64,000 nt of DNA. Source: Tubiluchus corallicola. Its lineage: Eukaryota > Animalia > Priapulida. Shown here piece after piece: positions 60,233 through 64,000 of this stretch; positions within the stretch are counted from its first letter, which is position 1; each line of letters opens with the position of its first letter. Under the pieces are notes generated by a model. The model was not told where the DNA came from. It searched no databases and saw only the letters and a program-made list of their open reading frames with translations. The position numbers and the translations under genes are program-made. The stretch is taken from the NCBI GenBank assembly GCA_030141605.1, contig JAQGDQ010000040.1, forward strand, positions 848,721 to 912,720, given 5' to 3'.

Positions 60233-62734
60233 TTATCTAAACAGCAAAGCTAAGCGATATGTTGCAAAAGAGGTTATCCATGCAAGTCCTGTTGTGTAGA
60301 ATAGTGTAAAGAGAGCCCATTTCCAACTGCCTGATTCTCGGTGTATTGCTGTTAGGGCTGCTACGCATGGGAAGTAAATCAGCACAAAGACAAGGAAGGA
60401 TAGCGCTACTGCCGGATTGAAGAGGGGCTCTCCTTTTGAGACTCCTCCTCCGATCGTTTCTGTTTTCAGCTTGTGTTGTAGCATGTTTGAGCTTGTTGCT
60501 GATTGTTCGCATTGAAATATTACTCCTAGCGTACTTACTATAATTTCTTTTGCCGGAATACCTGCGATTAGGCTAACACTCATTTTCCAGTTGAATCCTA
60601 AAGGTCTCACAACAGGTTCTACCGTTTTCCCTATTTTCCCTAGGTATGAGTGTTCCATAAGAGCGGTTTTTTCCATGTGGTTAGCCACTTCTAACAGGGA
60701 GTCCCGTTTTGCAGTCAGTATTATAGCGTCCTCCTGTGGCGATAGTTGTGTTTTTTTCAAGTAGTTGTTTTCAATTTCTTTTTTTTGCTGAGTAAACATT
60801 TCTGTTTGGGCACTGTTTCGAGGGAAATATCCCAGTGCCCAAATTATGATAACAGCTATAAATATAACTCCGCTAATTTTTTTTAGGTATTGGCTTCCTC
60901 TGTCCCACATATGTAGTAGGGTATTGGTGAGGGTGGGCATCCTGTACGGAGGAAGCTCCATTACAAAGGGGGCCTCTTTGTTTGTAAAGATAAGTTTTTT
61001 GAGGATGTTTGCGACAATTATAGCCAGGATGATACCAGTAGTGTAGAGCCCTATCAGTACTAATGCCGGGTAGTCTGCAAAGAAGGCTGATATGAAGACG
61101 GTGTAGACAGGCAGTCGTGCCGAGCACGACATAAATGGTATAATAAGCATTGTCAACAGTCTGTCATTTCGATTTCGCAATGTACGGGTTGCCATAATAG
61201 CAGGGACGTTGCATCCAAATCCTATCACGAGGGGGATGAATGATTGCCCGTGAAGAGATGCTTTGTGCATAAGTCTGTCCATGATGAATGCTGCACGAGC
61301 CATATAGCCTGTATCCTCCATTAGAGATATAAAGAAGAAAAGTATGAGTATGTTAGGCAGGAAAACCACAATACTGCCCACACCTCCAATAATGCCGTCC
61401 AGTAGAAAGTTGCGTAAAATTCCCTGGGGCAAAAGCTCATTTAGCAGCTGAGTCAGGGATGATATTCCGCTGTCGATCCATTCCATAGGGTATGACCCCA
61501 GCTTAAATGTGGAGAAAAAAGTGATAAACATAAGTAGCATGAAGAGTGGAAGCCCCAGATACCGATGTGTCACAATTTTATCGATTTTTTTAGTTAATTC
61601 ATATCCCCTTTGTTTTCCTTTATGGTAAACTTCTTTTAGCGCACCTGCGATAAATCCGTACCTTGCGTCAGTAATAAGGTTAGGGGTGTCGTCATTAAGC
61701 CTTGTTTCTAATCTTGATATTTCGTGACTGACAATATTGTTTATCTGAGTAGTTTCTGAGCCTTTGTATTGTAATTTTAACAGCTCATAGTCTTTGTTAA
61801 GCAGGCATATAGAGAGATATCTTGAGGATATTATAGAGGAAGATGGCTGGGTGTCGCGTATTGTGTCTCTCAGTTTACTTATAGATTTTTCTAATTCTTT
61901 GCCATAGCTGATGTGGATATGCCTTACATTAGGTTCTCTGTCTTCGTAAACCTCAACCAGTTTTTTAAAAAGGTCATCTATTCCATCTCCTTTATTTGCA
62001 ATAGTTGGAATAACAGGAATACCCAAGAGTTTGGCAAACCTTTTAATGTCAAGATGTGCCCCATCTTTAACCAACTCGTCATACATGTTTAAAGCAATTA
62101 CTACTTTAATATCCATGTCTATTAGTTGAGCTGTGAGATAGAGGTTTCTTTCAATGTTTGAAGCGTCTATAACATTAACAACAATATCAGGAGTTTTATT
62201 AATAATATAGTCTCTGGTGAATTGTTCTTCTTTGCTGTATGCTGTGAGAGAGTATGTTCCCGGCAGGTCAACTATATCGAATGTGTAGCCCTCTCTTTTG
62301 GTTGATGCCTCTTTTGTATTAACAGTAACACCTCCGTAGTTACCCACGTGCTCTTTCGCTCCTGATACTCGGTTGAAGAGCGTAGTTTTTCCACTATTAG
62401 GGTTACCTGCAATGGCAACGTTTATACTGCCTGTTCTTTTTCTGGTTTGTGTTTTCTGTTCTTTATCTTCTGTTGTTCCATCAAATGTGCGTGGCGGGAT
62501 GCTTGCCTCTGATGGAGCTACAACTTCAATGTTGCTTGCCTCTTCTCTGCGTAGCAACACATTGTAGCCCATTACGCGATACTCTACGGGGTTATTGAGG
62601 GGGGCGTTTTTTATCACTGTAACCTGTTGTCCTCGTATAAAGCCCATTTCTGCCAATCTGCGACGAAAGGATCCGTGCCCCATAACTTTAGTTATAACCG
62701 CAGTTTTGTTTTCCTTAATCTCCGAGAGTCGCAT
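60233..62734 (-). CDS. feoB: Ferrous iron transporter FeoB with fused N-terminal FeoA
   Basis: FeoA RRRLAEMGF; GNPNSGKTT, DLPGTYSL, GFGCNVPA, PFMSCSARLP. Confidence 0.97.
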   Translation of the reverse strand: MRLSEIKENKTAVITKVMGHGSFRRRLAEMGFIRGQQVTVIKNAPLNNPVEYRVMGYNVLLRREEASNIEVVAPSEASIPPRTFDGTTEDKEQKTQTRKRTGSINVAIAGNPNSGKTTLFNRVSGAKEHVGNYGGVTVNTKEASTKREGYTFDIVDLPGTYSLTAYSKEEQFTRDYIINKTPDIVVNVIDASNIERNLYLTAQLIDMDIKVVIALNMYDELVKDGAHLDIKRFAKLLGIPVIPTIANKGDGIDDLFKKLVEVYEDREPNVRHIHISYGKELEKSISKLRDTIRDTQPSSSIISSRYLSICLLNKDYELLKLQYKGSETTQINNIVSHEISRLETRLNDDTPNLITDARYGFIAGALKEVYHKGKQRGYELTKKIDKIVTHRYLGLPLFMLLMFITFFSTFKLGSYPMEWIDSGISSLTQLLNELLPQGILRNFLLDGIIGGVGSIVVFLPNILILFFFISLMEDTGYMARAAFIMDRLMHKASLHGQSFIPLVIGFGCNVPAIMATRTLRNRNDRLLTMLIIPFMSCSARLPVYTVFISAFFADYPALVLIGLYTTGIILAIIVANILKKLIFTNKEAPFVMELPPYRMPTLTNTLLHMWDRGSQYLKKISGVIFIAVIIIWALGYFPRNSAQTEMFTQQKKEIENNYLKKTQLSPQEDAIILTAKRDSLLEVANHMEKTALMEHSYLGKIGKTVEPVVRPLGFNWKMSVSLIAGIPAKEIIVSTLGVIFQCEQSATSSNMLQHKLKTETIGGGVSKGEPLFNPAVALSFLVFVLIYFPCVAALTAIHRESGSWKWALFTLFYTTGLAWITSFATYRLALLFR

Positions 62735-63123
62735 ATAAAAAGTTGTCCACCGTTTGTTTTATTTAGCTATGGTGTTTTTAAGAATAGGCAGCCAAAGATA
62801 CCTCTTTTCACATAAAAACCTGCATTTGCGAGTTGGATGTATAAGTGATTGTAATTTTAGATCAGGCAGTAAATGTAGATTTTGTAATGGCTTGTAATGT
62901 CGCTGTATATCAGGTCTTTCTTTAAATGTGATGATGATGTGTTGTATGTTTTTTTTAGATTTATTGCTGTTTGAGTGGGTTTACTATAAATTAAATGTGA
63001 AATAATTGATGCGTATTTGATTGGTTAAGTGAAAAAAAATCTATCTTTGTACACTGAAATTGTGTTAAGTGTTTGTAAAATAGAGATATAATTTCGAAGT
63101 AATAATTTATAAAATTTAAAAGA

Positions 63124-63408
63124 ATGACAAAGGCTGATATTGTAAATGAGATTTCAAAAAGCACCGGTGTAGAAAGAATTGCAGTACAAAAAACTGTTGA
63201 GGCTTTTATGGATACTGTCTCTAGCTCGCTTGTTGATGGTAAAAATGTGTATTTACGCGGATTTGGTAGTTTTATTGTAAAGAAGCGTGCTAAGAAGACG
63301 GCTCGTAATATTTCAAAAAATACAACGATGATTATACCGGAACACTTTATTCCATCATTTAAGCCAGCGAAGTCGTTTGTATCGCGTGTTAAGGCTAATG
63401 TAAAATAG
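63124..63408 (+). CDS. hup: HU/IHF family DNA-binding protein
   Basis: MTKADIV, LRGFGSF, ARNI...IP..FKP; TATCTTTG at 63042. Confidence 0.9.
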   Translation: MTKADIVNEISKSTGVERIAVQKTVEAFMDTVSSSLVDGKNVYLRGFGSFIVKKRAKKTARNISKNTTMIIPEHFIPSFKPAKSFVSRVKANVK

Positions 63409-63427
63409 TTGTATAAATTCCTGAAAT

Positions 63428-63520
63428 ATGCCAAGCGGTAAGAAAAGAAAGAGACATAAGATGTCTACTCACAAGCGTAAAAAACGTTTGCGGAAGAATA
63501 GGCATAAGAAGAAGAAGTGA
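63428..63520 (+). CDS. Small basic ribosomal protein bS22-like (AURKAIP1/COX24 family); not in ORF track
   Basis: MPSGKKRKRHKMSTHKRKKRLRKNRHKKKK. Confidence 0.85.
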   Translation: MPSGKKRKRHKMSTHKRKKRLRKNRHKKKK

Positions 63521-63634
63521 TTTTTACAATAGTATCACTTTAATTATGTGATGTGAGTAAACCTAAAGCGATCAGAGCACTTTAGGTTTATTGGTGTTTG
63601 ATATAAGTTAGTATAGTCAAAAAGAGTAAAGGTC

Positions 63635-64000
63635 GTGAGTAAAGAATTGATAATTGATGTATCTCCAACACAAATAGAAATTGCTTTACTCGAAAATAAG
63701 AGGCTTGTAGAATTAAATAGGGAAAGTGGTGACGTAAAGTTTGCTGTAGGTGATATTTATCTTGGGAAAGTTAAAAAGATCATGCCGGCACTTAACGCTG
63801 CTTTTATTGATGTGGGTTATGAAAAGGATGCGTTCCTTCACTATCTGGATATGGGTCCGCAGTTTCTCACTCTCAGTAAGTATTTAAAGCTTGCAAGTTC
63901 TAGGAAGCATAAGTTTACTCCTGTATCAAAGATTCATTCAGAGAAGGATATTGATAAGAATGGCAAGATTGCTGATATTATTAAGCAAGGGCAGGCTATC
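63635..64000 (+). CDS. Rne/Rng family ribonuclease (3' end outside window)
   Basis: GTG start; IALLENKRLVE, VGDIYLGKVKKIMPALNAAFIDVGYEKDAFLHY (S1 domain). Confidence 0.92.
   Translation, partial: MSKELIIDVSPTQIEIALLENKRLVELNRESGDVKFAVGDIYLGKVKKIMPALNAAFIDVGYEKDAFLHYLDMGPQFLTLSKYLKLASSRKHKFTPVSKIHSEKDIDKNGKIADIIKQGQAI

Noticed and set aside
62735-63123. Metal-repressor box upstream of feoB
   Set aside because: No convincing palindrome found by eye

Overview
AT-rich Bacteroidota chromosome segment (TAnnTTTG promoters and Bacteroidota-type ribosomal proteins; probably Bacteroidales/Marinilabiliales). 1-14.6 kb: the S10-spc-alpha ribosomal cluster (rpsJ to rplQ), with a 45-bp tandem-repeat expansion in rplQ. 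15-28 kb: housekeeping genes (citrate synthase, MqnL-like UbiD decarboxylase, DUF2851, K+ channel, orphan radical SAM, bifunctional nuclease, thyA, folA, C69 peptidase, rplS) and tRNA-Pro(CGG). 28.1-33.4 kb: a decayed element with no recombinase of its own, abutting the tRNA 3' end and bounded by a palindromic site whose 9-bp core is flipped between the two ends. It carries an HTH gene, a truncated type III mod, IS256 and IS3 remnants and a 21-bp periodic array. 33.5-49.5 kb: accessory DNA, including an unannotated secreted 2-Cys peptide at the head of a DUF4221/thioredoxin-like/MFP/double-RND operon, and a Cys-rich/TonB/HMA metal locus; a ~205-bp direct repeat brackets both. 49.6-64 kb: core genes (7TM-HD hydrolase, NlpC/P60, DUF1080, DUF1573, tRNA-Thr, SRP RNA, nusB-yajC-ybbR-coaE, feoB, HU, bS22, partial RNase E/G). 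Six copies of a ~115-135-bp MITE-like repeat lie in intergenic gaps. All calls come from reading the sequence by eye; no searches were run.
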